From the NCBI RefSeq assembly GCF_001194135.2, contig NC_068984.1:39992353-40056352 (forward strand): a DNA stretch of 64,000 nucleotides. Direction: 5' to 3'. The position numbers and the translations under genes are program-made. Under the pieces are notes generated by a model. That model worked only from the letters and a program-made list of their open reading frames with translations, had not been told where the DNA came from and did no database searches. Origin of the DNA: Octopus bimaculoides. Taxonomy: Eukaryota. Shown here piece after piece: positions 1-13,271 of this stretch (the first letter of the stretch is position 1; every line of letters starts with the position of its first letter).

Positions 1-53
1 GTGTAAAATTTGAATGAAATTGGTTGCGTAGTTCTCGAGTTTTAGGGATTCAC

Positions 54-84
<31 letters not shown>

Positions 85-111
85 CACATTCTCATTTTTA
101 TATATATAGAT
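1..111 (+). mobile_element. 3' end of a non-autonomous Helitron/Helentron-like element with internal (CAGA)n
   Basis: gtgtaaaatttgaatgaaattggttgcgtagttctcgagtt...(caga)n...tttttatatatatagat is a typical end of DINE-1/Lep1-like elements; family assignment is from pattern recognition. Confidence 0.45.
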
Positions 112-267
112 GATAAAATGTTTTTTGGCTAATTTCTGAAAGAAAATCGGCATTATTTTTGTATTTGCTGCCGATAAGGTAAACCGCACATGCGCGGTAA
201 AATTTTGAAAAATTAAGCATATTAGCACAAGTCATGATTTCTATGTAGTGCCTCGTGTTTATATGTT

Positions 268-357
268 AAATCTAGGTTGTTCCGCTGAAGACAGCTGACC
301 TTGCAAAATATTTTATTTTGCTAAAATAGCTTGAAACCATGGTACAGAAAATAGATA
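268..357 (+). ncRNA. Type I hammerhead-ribozyme-like motif (Penelope-type, slightly degenerate)
   Basis: CTGAAGA (285-291), stem II AGCT/AGCT extended by GCAAAATA/TATTTTGC, GAAA (333-336), palindromic stem III ACCATGGT with GTA cleavage triplet (342-344), stem I ttccg/cagaa and atcta/tagat. Confidence 0.6.
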
Positions 358-2540
358 GGTAAATGTTTTTATTTTTCATATTTCAAATTTAGATTGTAAT
401 CCTTTTGCTATAGCTGATGGATTCATAGTAAAATTGTGGCAGTAGTGGGCACAAACATAAAGTCTGTGGGTTTTCATATTCAACTTTTTAATAGCATTCT
501 TTGGTTTAATTGCACCTTCCTTAAAAAAAAAAAAAAGACGAGACAGACACATCAAATAAGTTATATTTAGAAACATATTTTTGCCTTGAATCTTTTTTTT
601 TACCATTTATATTCTACAGGTATCCTACTTATGATATAGGTGATTAGATTGGCAGTATCAGATAAATAAAAAGCAGAGTCCAAGGTATCTAACAGTAGTC
701 ATATAAGTTCCACTCTTAATGGCAAGAGTGTAACTTGTAGTTGCAGAATAAATGGGAGGATGTTTAGGGAAGTGATAGCCTTGCTAGCAACAAAAGATAA
801 GCAACATATTATGTTGAATGACAAACAAAAATAAATGGAAAGTAGATATGGAGAAGCTGTAATGACTGGAGAGAATTGATTTAGTTGAAGTTTACAAAAT
901 GAATATTTTTATTGCTGTAAAATGAAGGAATATAGCCAGGCAATTAGGGTGGTTGTGAAGGCACATAGCCTAGTGGTTAGGGCATTGCAGTCATGATCAT
1001 AAGATTGTGGTTTCAACTCTTAGATCAGGTGGGGAGTAGTGCTTTTGAACAAAAACATTTCATTTCAAGTTGTCCCAATTCACTCAGTTAAAAATGAGTT
1101 CCAACAATATCTGGAGAGTTAACCCTGGACAGACCGGCATTCCATTCAAGAGGATAGTGATCTTGGTCACATACACCATGGAAATCAGGTTAATCTACAG
1201 CCTCATGAGTTACTTTGGGCTCATGACAGACCTAAGTCTAAGTAAGTAAATAAAGGTATATTTTCAATTCTTTGTTAGCACCTCCATTCACAAAATGATT
1301 GTTTTTTTTGTTGTAAAGAAAAGAGAAATCTCAATTTACTATCAACACTCCCACCAACATTTGGAAAAGTACTTTAACAACACTGAACCTAGACCATATT
1401 TAAAAAAATATATAATCAGGTGGTGTAACAATTCCATTGACACTGTTGGATTGCACTGAAATTCATATTAGAAGAGTAGATCCTACACTGAAGATTCAAG
1501 AAAAGCTCAAGAACAGATTTGGATTGCTACCATCAAAAGCAAATTGAGGAATCTCCTTGTTTCATCAGCTCTACTTCTAAGCACAAGATTAGGCTTAGGC
1601 AGAAAGCTTGATTTCATTCTTATATTTTGTAAGATCTACAACATGAGTAACACCAAGCCGACTCTTATGTTGATAGTTCCAAAGAAGCTGTAGCGCTTCA
1701 AAAAAAATGCAAGATCTTCAGGTTGTCTTCCTAACTAAAGAACTATTGAAGCATGCTTAAGTCAATACCAATCACATAATTTTCCATTAGTACCAGAAAT
1801 GGCTGTCCCATCACCATTATTTGTAGTTGCAGTGAAAGTTTACTCAATCTTTATTATTTTGTCAAGTCATCTGAGATCTAGCAAGGTGAGATCCTATAAG
1901 GCAGAAAACATGCTTAAAATTGTTACCATATTTGTCAGAAGTCAAACTCACACCTCACTCATGCCCCGCCTCCATTCAATTTTTAATTAATTTGAATACT
2001 GAAGTTGTTTCTTTTGTCTCTCTTGACATGAATTAATCAACAAATCTAATGAGTTCCCTTCAGATGTAATTTCAATTAATTAAATTCTTTTACAGTACTA
2101 CATTAACCTTTTTACAGTAGATATATCCACTCAATTGTTAATTACTCTTAAATTACAGAAAGCAGTTCTATATACCAATCTAGCTTATGTCAAGGAATGT
2201 CAGGTTTGAAACTGTTTTCTGTTGAGATATGTCAAGTTTATTGAGGCAATGTGATTTGCAGAAAAAGCCAATTATATTTTTTGGTAGATATCTAACGTCA
2301 TTTCTAGAATAAGCATGAAATTTAATTTTCAGTAAAAGGGTTATGTATGGTAGTGGTCACTTAATAAGAGAAATTAAGCTAAAGAAGACCTGAGAGGAAG
2401 TAAAGGGATACAAAAACACTGTTTACAAATGAGGGATGATACGCTGTTGCATAACATTCAACATAAAAAGTGATATTTAGCTACAAAATGTACTAAATAC
2501 TGACTAACATAGACAAAAAGGAAAAAACTTTGTCAATTAC

Positions 2541-5500
2541 CTCAGTAGAAATTAAAGTTGATACACCATCACCTTCAGGGGGAACATAACTTTCAAAAAT
2601 TCCACCTGAAAAAAGTAAAAAAAAAATCTCTTTCTTAGACGTAAGAACTTTAATGCAAAGGAAAGCTGATGTAATAGCTTGTCTTTACATCAGCTTATTT
2701 CTGTTAGCATCAATTTTTTTCAACCTTTGGCACACGCATGGCTGTATGGTTAAGAAGCTTACTTCCCAACTGTGCAGTTTTGGGTTCAGTCCCACTGCAT
2801 GACATTTTGGGCGAGTGTCTTCTGTTATAGCCTTGGGATGACCAATACCTTGTGAGTGGATTTGGTGGGCAGAAACTGTAAGAAACCCATTGCAAAAGGC
2901 GAAATGACTATGTGTGAAATTATTGCTGCTGCTATTATTACGACAACGATGAAACAACAATGATGGTAATGATCGTGGTAGTAGTAACATTTCCTCAGGA
3001 TCGAGAGAGAGTGGCAATGATGTAGATTAAAATATAAACTGTTGTTTTAAATGGAAATAAGGTCTAAGAATGTGAACACTTAGAAGTAATGAAATACAAC
3101 CAATTATATGTTATGAAATACAAAATATAGTGAGATACAAATATTATGCATTTACCATCATCATCATTGTTGTTTAACATCTGCTTTCCATGTCGGCATA
3201 GGATGGACGGTTTGACATGGAACTGATCAGCTGGGAGCTGTCCAGACTCCAATTGTCTATTGTGATATGGCTTCTATAGCTGGATGCCCCTCCTAATGCC
3301 AACCACTCAACAGTGTGCTTGGGATGGGAGAGGGGGTTAAGTGCCACTGCCAAGGGTGCGTTTGCACAGCACTAGCACGGGTGCTTTTTATGTGGCACTG
3401 GAACCTGAAGGGACAAGCCTATATGTGTAAAAACATTAACAAGTAATCTAACCATAGTAATACTCAGTGGAAAAAAAATCTAGTGAAATAAGTAGCTAAG
3501 AGAAACAAAATCCAAGATGAATGACAGTGATAAATAGGTATGAATGTATTATCATTTAACATCCACTTTTCAAGCTTGCATGGAGCAGACAGAATTTATT
3601 GAAGCAGATTTTCTAATACCAGATGCTCTTCCACTCACCAACCCTCATGTGTTTCCAAGCAAGGTAATATTTTACACAGAAAGCTGCAAACAACCTCACT
3701 TGTATGACAATGATGCTCATTTACAACCATCAGATAATGTCTAGACAAGGCAATGCACACACACACAAACAGGCTTTTTCAGTTTTCATCTACCAAATCC
3801 ACTCACAAGGCATTAGTCAGCCCAAGGCCATAGTAGAAAACATTTACCCAAGGTTCTGTGCAGTGGGACTGAACCCAAGACCACATGGCTGGGAAGCAAG
3901 TTTCTTATCCACAGAGTCACACTTGTGTTGTGAAGTTTAATATTGGTCCAGCAAGTCGATTACATAGACCCTAGCACTCCACTGGTCCTTATTTTATTGA
4001 CTCCAAAAGGACAAAAGGCAAAGTCAACCCAGGCAGAACTTGAACTCAGAACGTAAAGATAGATGAAGTGTCGCTAAAGATTTTGCCCAGCGATCTAACG
4101 ATTCTGTCAGCTCACCACCTTTGCGAAGTTTCATCTTAAATCTTTAGTAGGAAGGTTTCAAACACAATAGTTTGTGGACAACGCATAAAATGGAAAACAG
4201 TGAGTGCATGATGGATAAGAGACAAATACGGCGGGAAGTACCTAAAGAATTAATGTTAGTTTAGAAGTGGGAGATTATAGGAGTAGAGGAGGTTAAGAGC
4301 TTTTGAAGTAGGTGATGTTACAGTGATCCTTTTTTGATGTATAGTCCTCGTTACAGACAAAGCACATACTTAGAGCTTGCTAGCTGTAATGGGTCATGAG
4401 ATTGTTTGCAGTATGACTGATGTTAGATTTTGTTGAGGTTTTTTTAACTTGTATATTTGCGATTTTGAATTTTATATGCTTCAAATTCACAAGTTTTCAT
4501 AATATAACATCACCAATTTTATATTTATCACAGGTGCCTATATTGGTTTCAAAATGCTGGCCTTTGTACTCCATCCAGCCATATCAATTCACCTTCCCTT
4601 TCATTATCCATTATATTCACCCCTCTCTTTCTCATCCATCACTACCTTGCCATCACCTACTTTCATCATATCTCATCATCATCATCATTTTCATGTCTAC
4701 TTTTCTACTCATATACAAGTCAGATGAATTGCACTGAGGCAGATTTTCTGCAGCCAAATGTTTATCCTGTTGCCAACTCTCACCTGTTTACAAGCAAGGC
4801 AGTATATCTCCTAATTCTTTGAACAGCATAATGTCTGGACAGGTTTTCCTCAGAAGATTGGAATTGAATGGCACCATTTCTATAATAGTGACATTTGTTG
4901 ACTACTATAAAGCAATGCTGAGACGAGGAGACACAAAACCATATATGCACAACACACACACAAGCTTCTTTCAGTTTAGTAAATCCACTGACAAGGTTTT
5001 GGTTGGACTGGAGTTAAAGAAGCTTGTCTGAGGTGCCATGTAGTGGGACTGAACTTCTTAACCAAGCCCTTCCTTTAGATTGAGTTTCTCTCATTAAATG
5101 GAATCAGTGATTTCAAAGTGAAATTACCACAAGAAGATTTACTTAATAGAAAATATAACACCAGAAACGTTAGTAAGGCGGCGAGCTGGCAGAAATGTTA
5201 GCACGCTGGGTGAAATGCATGGTGGTATTTCGTCTGCCGCTACGTTCTGAGTTCAAATTCAGCCGAGGTCGACTTTGCCTTTCATCCTTTTGGGATCAAT
5301 TAAATAAGTACCAGTTACGCACTGGGGTCGATATAATCGACTTAACCTCTCTGTCTGTCCTTGCTTGTTCCCTCTGTGTGTAGCCCCTTGTGGGCAGTAA
5401 AGAAATAACACCATATTATCATTTATCATGTCAACAATGAACTTGAATTCTGATTTTTGCAAGATAACTATTGCTTACAAGTGATTTTTATGATTATTTT

Positions 5501-8500
5501 ATGAAAACAGGTATTTAATCATCAACTTCATTGGTAAAACAAGCATTGAGTAATGCTTGTAGTATTCTTGCCTTTATATAGTCTAAAATTATTTATAAAT
5601 ATATGCCTATGGATTGAGCTAAGCCCTTCTTGTTTGGAAAAAAAAAATGAAAAAAAAAAAAAAATGGATACACTTGCTAAAATGTGTCATCTAAATTTCA
5701 TTTATAGAATAAGCTTTTTAAAGTGCATGAATTTCATGCGTCACATCTTGTATGATACAATTTCCTAATATAATATAAGGATGTAAAATTTTTGATCAAA
5801 AGTCCAAGGATGTTAGCAAACATCTTAGAATGATTAAACATCTAGTATTGAAATAATTTCTATGACTTTTCAATATAATTATGAGTAAGTGCAAAAATAC
5901 CTATTAAGGATTTCAATTAAGTGGATAATATTTATTTTCCATAATTCTCTCTTGGGTAGGTATATTATACATATTTCAATGCATGAACAATACTGATTTC
6001 AAATTTTGGCACAAGACCAGCAATTTGAGGGGTGGTGGTGAATAAATTGATTATATCGGCCCCAATGTTCAGCTGGTACTTATTTTGTCGGTTCCAAAAG
6101 GATGAAAGGCAAAATTGACCCCAGCAGAATTTGAACTCAAAACATAAAGTTGGAAGAAATGCCGCTAAGCATTTTTCAATGGATGAAGAATATTAGAAGT
6201 CAAATGTGTACCAAAATCTGTTGACTTCTTTTACATGTATTTTAAAAAAATATTTGCATTAAAACATAATGGGAAAATAATATTTACATCAGTGCAGACA
6301 TGGCTGTGTGGTTAAGAATTTCACTTCACAACTACATGGTTTCAGCTGTGCCTTGTGAGTGAATTTGGTAGATGGGAACCATGAGGAAACTGTTGCGTGC
6401 ACATGTATTTTGTGTTTGTGTATGTGCCTCCCCACCACTGTCTAATGACCAGCATTGGTTTGTTTAAGTCTCTAAATTAGCAGTTTGGTAACAATGACTG
6501 ATAGAATAAGTACAAGACTTAAAAAATAAGCACTGGGGTCAATTTGCTTGACTGAATCCTTCAAAGCACCATAGCATGGCTGCAATCCAATGACCGAAAA
6601 ACGAGTAAAAGATAAAAATTATGAATATAATTACTTGAAAACAACTTATTTAATTGATACAACTCTGTGAAGTGGTTGGCATTAAGACGGGCATCCAGCC
6701 ATAGAAACCAAGCCAGAACAGACTGGAGTCTGGTGCAGCTCTCTGGCTTACCAGTTCCAGTTAAACCGTCTAACCCATGCCAGCATGGAAAATGGATGCT
6801 AAATGATGATGATGATGATGATGATTCCCTCTGAAAATATAATTTTTTTCAACACATGAGGCCAGTCAATTAAATGGGCTCAATATTTATGTTCTTCATT
6901 AATAACTTTTCTTTAAATTCAAATACACATAACTAACGAAAACAATTTATTCAATTTTTTATGGTAATAATTTAAAAATGATATTTATATTTCCATTCAC
7001 TTATTCCATATACATCTTGCTTGATTAGCAAAGAATATACTTCTATACAGCGTGTAAACCACTATGTGTAAAATAACTTTATTTAATAAACTTAAATCAC
7101 TGTGAAGAGAAAAAATAATAAAAATCACATGAGAAAGTAAATGAAGACCAACGTCATTGCCACCACCACCACCACTACGATGACTGTTTAACAATAAACA
7201 AACAAGAGCCGTCACCCACGCCCAGTAACCTAACCAACACTTCTACATCATCAAACAAACGTCATCACTGTCACCCTATCATTACCATAACTACAAACAA
7301 CAAGTAACCACCACTACCACCACCATCATTTTACAATGATCTTTAATTTTTTTCTAACTTCCTCCTTTTCTCTTTCCCTCTCACGCTTCCACTTTTCTCA
7401 TGTCTTCTCTTACTATCTCTCTTTTGTGAATGCTAATACTTCATTGATTTCACTACTCCTGCCTCTCTTACTCTCTTTCTCTCTCTCACACACACATACA
7501 CACATTCTGTCCGATAAATTTTCTCTTACTTTTACTTCTTATCTTTATCTCTATTTTATTTCTAACTTTTATAACTCTCTCAGTATCTTTCCCCAAACAC
7601 CATAATCAACATCAATGTTGCTGTTGTCTTACTACTAAAACTGCCAAGTGTTTTTCTCATTCTATTTGAGTTACTTCCCTTAGTGTGACACAAAAAGTAG
7701 ATAGTTATGAATGTACAATTATATTGATATAATAATAATAATAAAAAATTCTTTTTATTGGCCACAAGGGCTAATATAAATAGAAAACATTAAAGAATAA
7801 CACAAGATGATAAACAAAGGGTTTTGCAAAAAAAGTTCCACGTAAACATTTGATAACAAAAATAATATAACAAGTAAAAACTCCCAATAGGGGGAGGCGC
7901 TTTGAAGGTTACTCATGGAAAAAACCCACGGGTGCCTGGTCAACAGGGCGAGAGCCCTTTCTCCTTTTATACATTTTTTTCTTTTACAGGTGTAATCTCA
8001 AAATTGGTCCATCCATACTGGCCATTTTCCCCGACATTCACCCACCTTTCACCAAATTTGCAAGAAGACAACACTTCCCTCTCTACTCTCACCTTCCTTT
8101 TCAGGTGGAACTTGAAAAAGTTGATGAGGCCTTGACTAAAGAGGAAAGTGTCTGAATTTAGCCCTTTCAAACGGGTCCACTATACCATCTCTTTCGCTAT
8201 AGCCACCAGACAAATGAAAATTGCCTTCCCCTCCTGGTTAAAGGAGGCAGGCGGAGCAATCCTCACTATGGATCCGTCCAACATGCGACAGCAGCTGTTT
8301 GACATAAACCCACAGGTCAGCAATACTTGGGCACTGGACGAGTGCATGCAGAATGACTTAAGAAGAAGCTTGTTAGAGAGTAAATGAAATCAGAAAGAAC
8401 AAATGGAATAAACAATGGAATGACCTGAAACTATATGCTAAGAATGATCAAGAATCAGAAGGACTTTTAACAACTGTAAAGCATGTTAGCAATGATGTAG

Positions 8501-11500
8501 GAATGGAATTTGAACTTGATAAATACACAAAAGCAACTTTCAAGAGGGAAAAGTTCACTACAACATCATCCACCAAATTTGACCCAGACACCACTATCTA
8601 GATCTTGATGGCACTTATCTATGTATAAATGATGGCAATGGAATCCAACATACTCAAATGAAGAGAAAGCTCTGGAAAGCGTGTTACAGAAGAGCAAGGC
8701 TGGTCCTGAAAACTAGACCAAACTTAAAAATCATGATAACGCTTAGTACACCTTAGCTGTACCTGTAGTGCAAAATGATTTCAATGTCATCAACTGGAGA
8801 TTATCTGAACTTCAGAGAATGAATGGGAAAATACAGTAACTTCTCACTATCAAGAAAATATACCACCCTAAAGTAGATGTAACTGTCTAACCTGCTGAGA
8901 AAAGAAGTGGGAAACAACACACCCAATCTGAATTATCCTATAAAACAGTCATGATTAGCCTACAAATATACTTTAAAAACTCAGAGATTGGATGATGATA
9001 GTAAAAGACCATGAAAACAAGAGACTCTATAAAGAAAGAGGCAGAAAAATACAAAAACAAACTAAGAATCAATAGTAGAGAAATTTTAAATGCAGCTGAC
9101 CTACTACCATGAAGGCAGCTAGAATCCACAGAATTAAAGCAAAGTCTTAGGAGCTTATAACTGAAAGATAGATGGCAACAAAAACCTCTACATGGTCAAT
9201 ACTGACCTTGCACCCTGGATGCTGATGTTGATCAACCAAAACCCATCAGTGGCTGTGAAGCTTAGGATTAAAAACTGAAATGGAAGGATTCAATTTTGCT
9301 ACCAAAGACCAGAGCTTATTTACAAGAAACTACAAAGCAAACATCCTCAAAAATGGAGCAGATCCAAAATGCAGAATTGGTGATGAACAATAAACCATAT
9401 AGTTTTAGGATGCTCTACTTTGGCTTCAGCTGAGTATAAAGCAAGGCAATTGGATTGGCCAATGCATTCACTGGACACTATGGAAACAATGAACCACAAC
9501 ATCCTAAAAGCTGACATGAACACTATCCTCTATCAGTAATTGAAGCAAAGGTTTATGGGAGTTTACAGTCCACACAGACTGCACCATAAACTATAAATGC
9601 AAATTGGCTAGATATTATTGTTAAAGATTTTAAAAACAAAACATGCCTACTCATGTCTCTGTAATACTTTGCAAACTTGTCATACTCTTTAGCAATATGG
9701 CAACTGAAGAGACAAAGAACCCCAGTTATAACTGGTGTGCTTGGATTTATAAACAAAGATGTAAATGAACTTCTTGAGAGCATATGTGGTAAACTCAACA
9801 TTTAAAATATTCAAAACAATTGTCCTTAACAGCACAGCTGCCATTTTATGTAAATTTTTATCATTGCCATGTCAAATTATTAATTCTGAAATCCCTTCTT
9901 TTATATATCCATTTTTAAAAAATACCTTATTTAAATTTCTGTTTCTATATATAGTCTAAATTAATTTTATACCGTTTTATAGCTGTGAAATACCACCACT
10001 GAATGACAATACTTGCCCTAGATATCATCTGGTTGACACGCTACAGGGATTCTTACATGAAGCATTATCAAAGATAAATAATGATAACAATCTGAAGTAG
10101 ATTGTGAAACAGAGCTATTGTAAAGAGTTTGCTTATTGGGAACAACTAAAATATTATGCAAAGCACTCAATGATCAGATTGACTAAAAGGAAGGGAAAAG
10201 GCAAGGAGGATGTTGTTTGATATTTAAGCAAACTGGTTGTAGCCTACTGATAAAGTAGAAAAGTAACCAAATAATAAGAACCAACCTGGAAAAAAACCCT
10301 AAAAAAAAACTCCACAATAATAGTTTCAAAATTTGGTACAATGCCAGCAATTTTGAGGGAAGGGTAAGTTGATTACATTGACCCTAATATTTGAATGGTA
10401 CTTTCTTTTAGCAATCCTGAAAGGGTGAAAGGCAAAGTTGATTTCAGCTGGAATTGAACTCAAAATGTAAAGAGCTGGAAGAAATGCCTTGAAGCATTTT
10501 GTCTGGCATGCTAATTATTCTGTCAGATCACTGCCTTAGACGAGTTAGATCAATACTAAAAACAGAGCTCAATGCTAAAAACAAGATAATGGGTATCAAC
10601 ACTTTAGCTGTCCCAGTTATAAGCTACAGCTACAACATCCTTAACTGGACACTAAACGAACTATGTAAAATAGACAGGAAAACAAGAAAAATAATGACAG
10701 GATATAGGATGCACCACCCAAAATCTGACATAGAAAGGCTATATATACAACGCACAGAAGGTGGCAGGGGTCTTATACAGCTAGAAAACTATTATAAAAT
10801 AACCACCATAGGACTGCAAAAATACCTACTCCAGAAGCAAGGGAAGCTAATACAAATAGCCACAAAACACGAGCAAAACAAAAAACTGTTTTCAGTATTT
10901 ANNNNNNNNNNNNNNNNNNNNNNNNNNNNNNNNNNNNNNNNNNNNNNNNNNNNNNNNNNNNNNNNNNNNNNNNNNNNNNNNNNNNNNNNNNNNNNNNNNN
11001 NNNNNNNNNNNNNNNNNNNNNNNNNNNNNNNNNNNNNNNNNNNNNNNNNNNNNNNNNNNNNNNNNNNNNNNNNNNNNNNNNNNNNNNNNNNNNNNNNNNN
11101 NNNNNNNNNNNNNNNNNNNNNNNNNNNNNNNNNNNNNNNNNNNNNNNNNNNNNNNNNNNNNNNNNNNNNNNNNNNNNNNNNNNNNNNNNNNNNNNNNNNN
11201 NNNNNNNNNNNNNNNNNNNNNNNNNNNNNNNNNNNNNNNNNNNNNNNNNNNNNNNNNNNNNNNNNNNNNNNNNNNNNNNNNNNNNNNNNNNNNNNNNNNN
11301 NNNNNNNNNNNNNNNNNNNNNNNNNNNNNNNNNNNNNNNNNNNNNNNNNNNNNNNNNNNNNNNNNNNNNNNNNNNNNNNNNNNNNNNNNNNNNNNNNNNN
11401 NNNNNNNNNNNNNNNNNNNNNNNNNNNNNNNNNNNNNNNNNNNNNNNNNNNNNNNNNNNNNNNNNNNNNNNNNNNNNNNNNNNNNNNNNNNNNNNNNNNN

Positions 11501-11947
11501 NNNNNNNNNNNNNNNNNNNNNNNNNNNNNNNNNNNNNNNNNNNNNNNNNNNNNNNNNNNNNNNNNNNNNNNNNNNNNNNNNNNNNNNNNNNNNNNNNNNN
11601 NNNNNNNNNNNNNNNNNNNNNNNNNNNNNNNNNNNNNNAATACAAAGACCTGGAAATAGAGATAACTCGAATGTGGAGTCTAAAAACAGAAACAATTCCT
11701 ATCATAGTAGGTGCCTCAGGTATAATAAAAAAATACTCAGACAAATACATAACAAAAATACCAGGACTTACAAATATATGTAACATACAGAAAATTGCAC
11801 TACTGGGTACTGCACACATCCTACGCAAAACACTTTCAATACAGTAAACATAAAAGCACCACAGCAAACCACAGCACATACCCAAGGCGCACAGAGCTGC
11901 GCTCGGTAGTGAAGTGAAAGCACGTTATAAAAATAAAACTACTGAAC

Positions 11948-11989
<42 letters not shown>

Positions 11990-13221
11990 CCTTTCTACAA
12001 TAGGCACAAGCCTGAAATTTGTGGTGAGGAGACTAGTTTGGCAAGAGCATATCCAAATAGGAAATTTTAGTTCTGACAAAGAATGTTTAAAAAAACCTTA
12101 AGTTTGACAAGAATATCAAACTAACAAAAATCCAAAACTTAAAGAAAAAGTATAATATAAAAACCATACTTGACATCGATACTACCATAGAAACTATCAA
12201 GCAAAAGGTATCTGCTAAAGCTGCACACATAGTATGGTATGAAAAGAGCACTAGGTTCTACAAGGACAACAACATGTTTGAAGATAACCCAAAATTTTTT
12301 ACACCAAGATAGGGAAAATATCAGTTAGAGTAAAGTCCCTCCTATCAAAAGAAGTGCAAGAATTTTGGAATAAAATTTTGGAAGAAGAAAAAAACGCACA
12401 ATAAAAAGGGTTCTTTGATTGATAGAATATCTACTGACTTAAACTCCTTAAAAGAGCAAAAGTGGGACGGTATCAAGGTAGAGGATGTAAGATCTGCTGA
12501 AAGGAAATCGAGCAAATGGAAGTCTCCAGGAAAGGATAAAATTCCTAACTTCTGGTTGAATGCCTTCCCAGAGAGTCATGAACTGCTAACAAAAATTTAC
12601 AATGTTTTGCAGCAACCTAGTACGATTCCCTCTTGGCTAGTTAATGGTGTTACAGTTCTACTTCCAAAAAATGAAGAAACAAATAAACTAAAAAATTATA
12701 GACCCATAATCTGATTGCTACCTGGCTCAGATACCAGGAAATCCAAAAATGGAAGCAATTCAAAGAATAGTGCCCATGGGAATTACCCATACCCTATATA
12801 AAATATTGTTTATGTAATCTCAAAAATCTCAAAAATATTTAAATCCATAAACAGTGTCAAAATACTTTTAAATGTACATAACAGCAAACACCTTTTACTG
12901 TCATCTTATAATCAAAGTACATTTAAAACAAACTTCTATTTTACTTATGTTTTAACAGACATTCTCTAGAACAATACTATGTGCAAAACCAAATATATGG
13001 CAAGAAGAAGAAGAAGAAGAAGAAGAAGAAGAAGAAGAAGAAGGAGGAGGAGGAGGAGGGGGAGGAGGGGGAGGCATGCTAGATGCCGAAATATCGTTCA
13101 AGCAATTTCACATGATAACTATAGCACTCTTCTAATTTTTATCTCTGTATAACTTCTGGAGGAGTTACCTCAGTCCTATATAATTTTAATAATAATAATA
13201 ATAATAGTAATAGTAATAATG

Positions 13222-13271
<50 letters not shown>

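Noticed and set aside
376-606. Minus-strand ORF after a strong T-rich acceptor (EGAIKPKNAIKKLNMK...), a possible next MRPL45 exon
   Set aside because: In phase but does not resemble the expected mL45 continuation (RKIR.YD.NF) and ends in a stop; probably chance.
5177-5260. tRNA-like sequences with A and B boxes (also 961, 14640-14700, 21672, 60990-61052)
   Set aside because: They are SINE heads continuing into repeat bodies, without a complete cloverleaf or acceptor stem; not tRNA genes.
10499-11885. Long ORFs spanning N-runs (also 18648-19206, 51025-52030, 53063-53474)
   Set aside because: Their length comes from untranslatable gaps; only the LINE-derived part of 10499-11659 is real homology.
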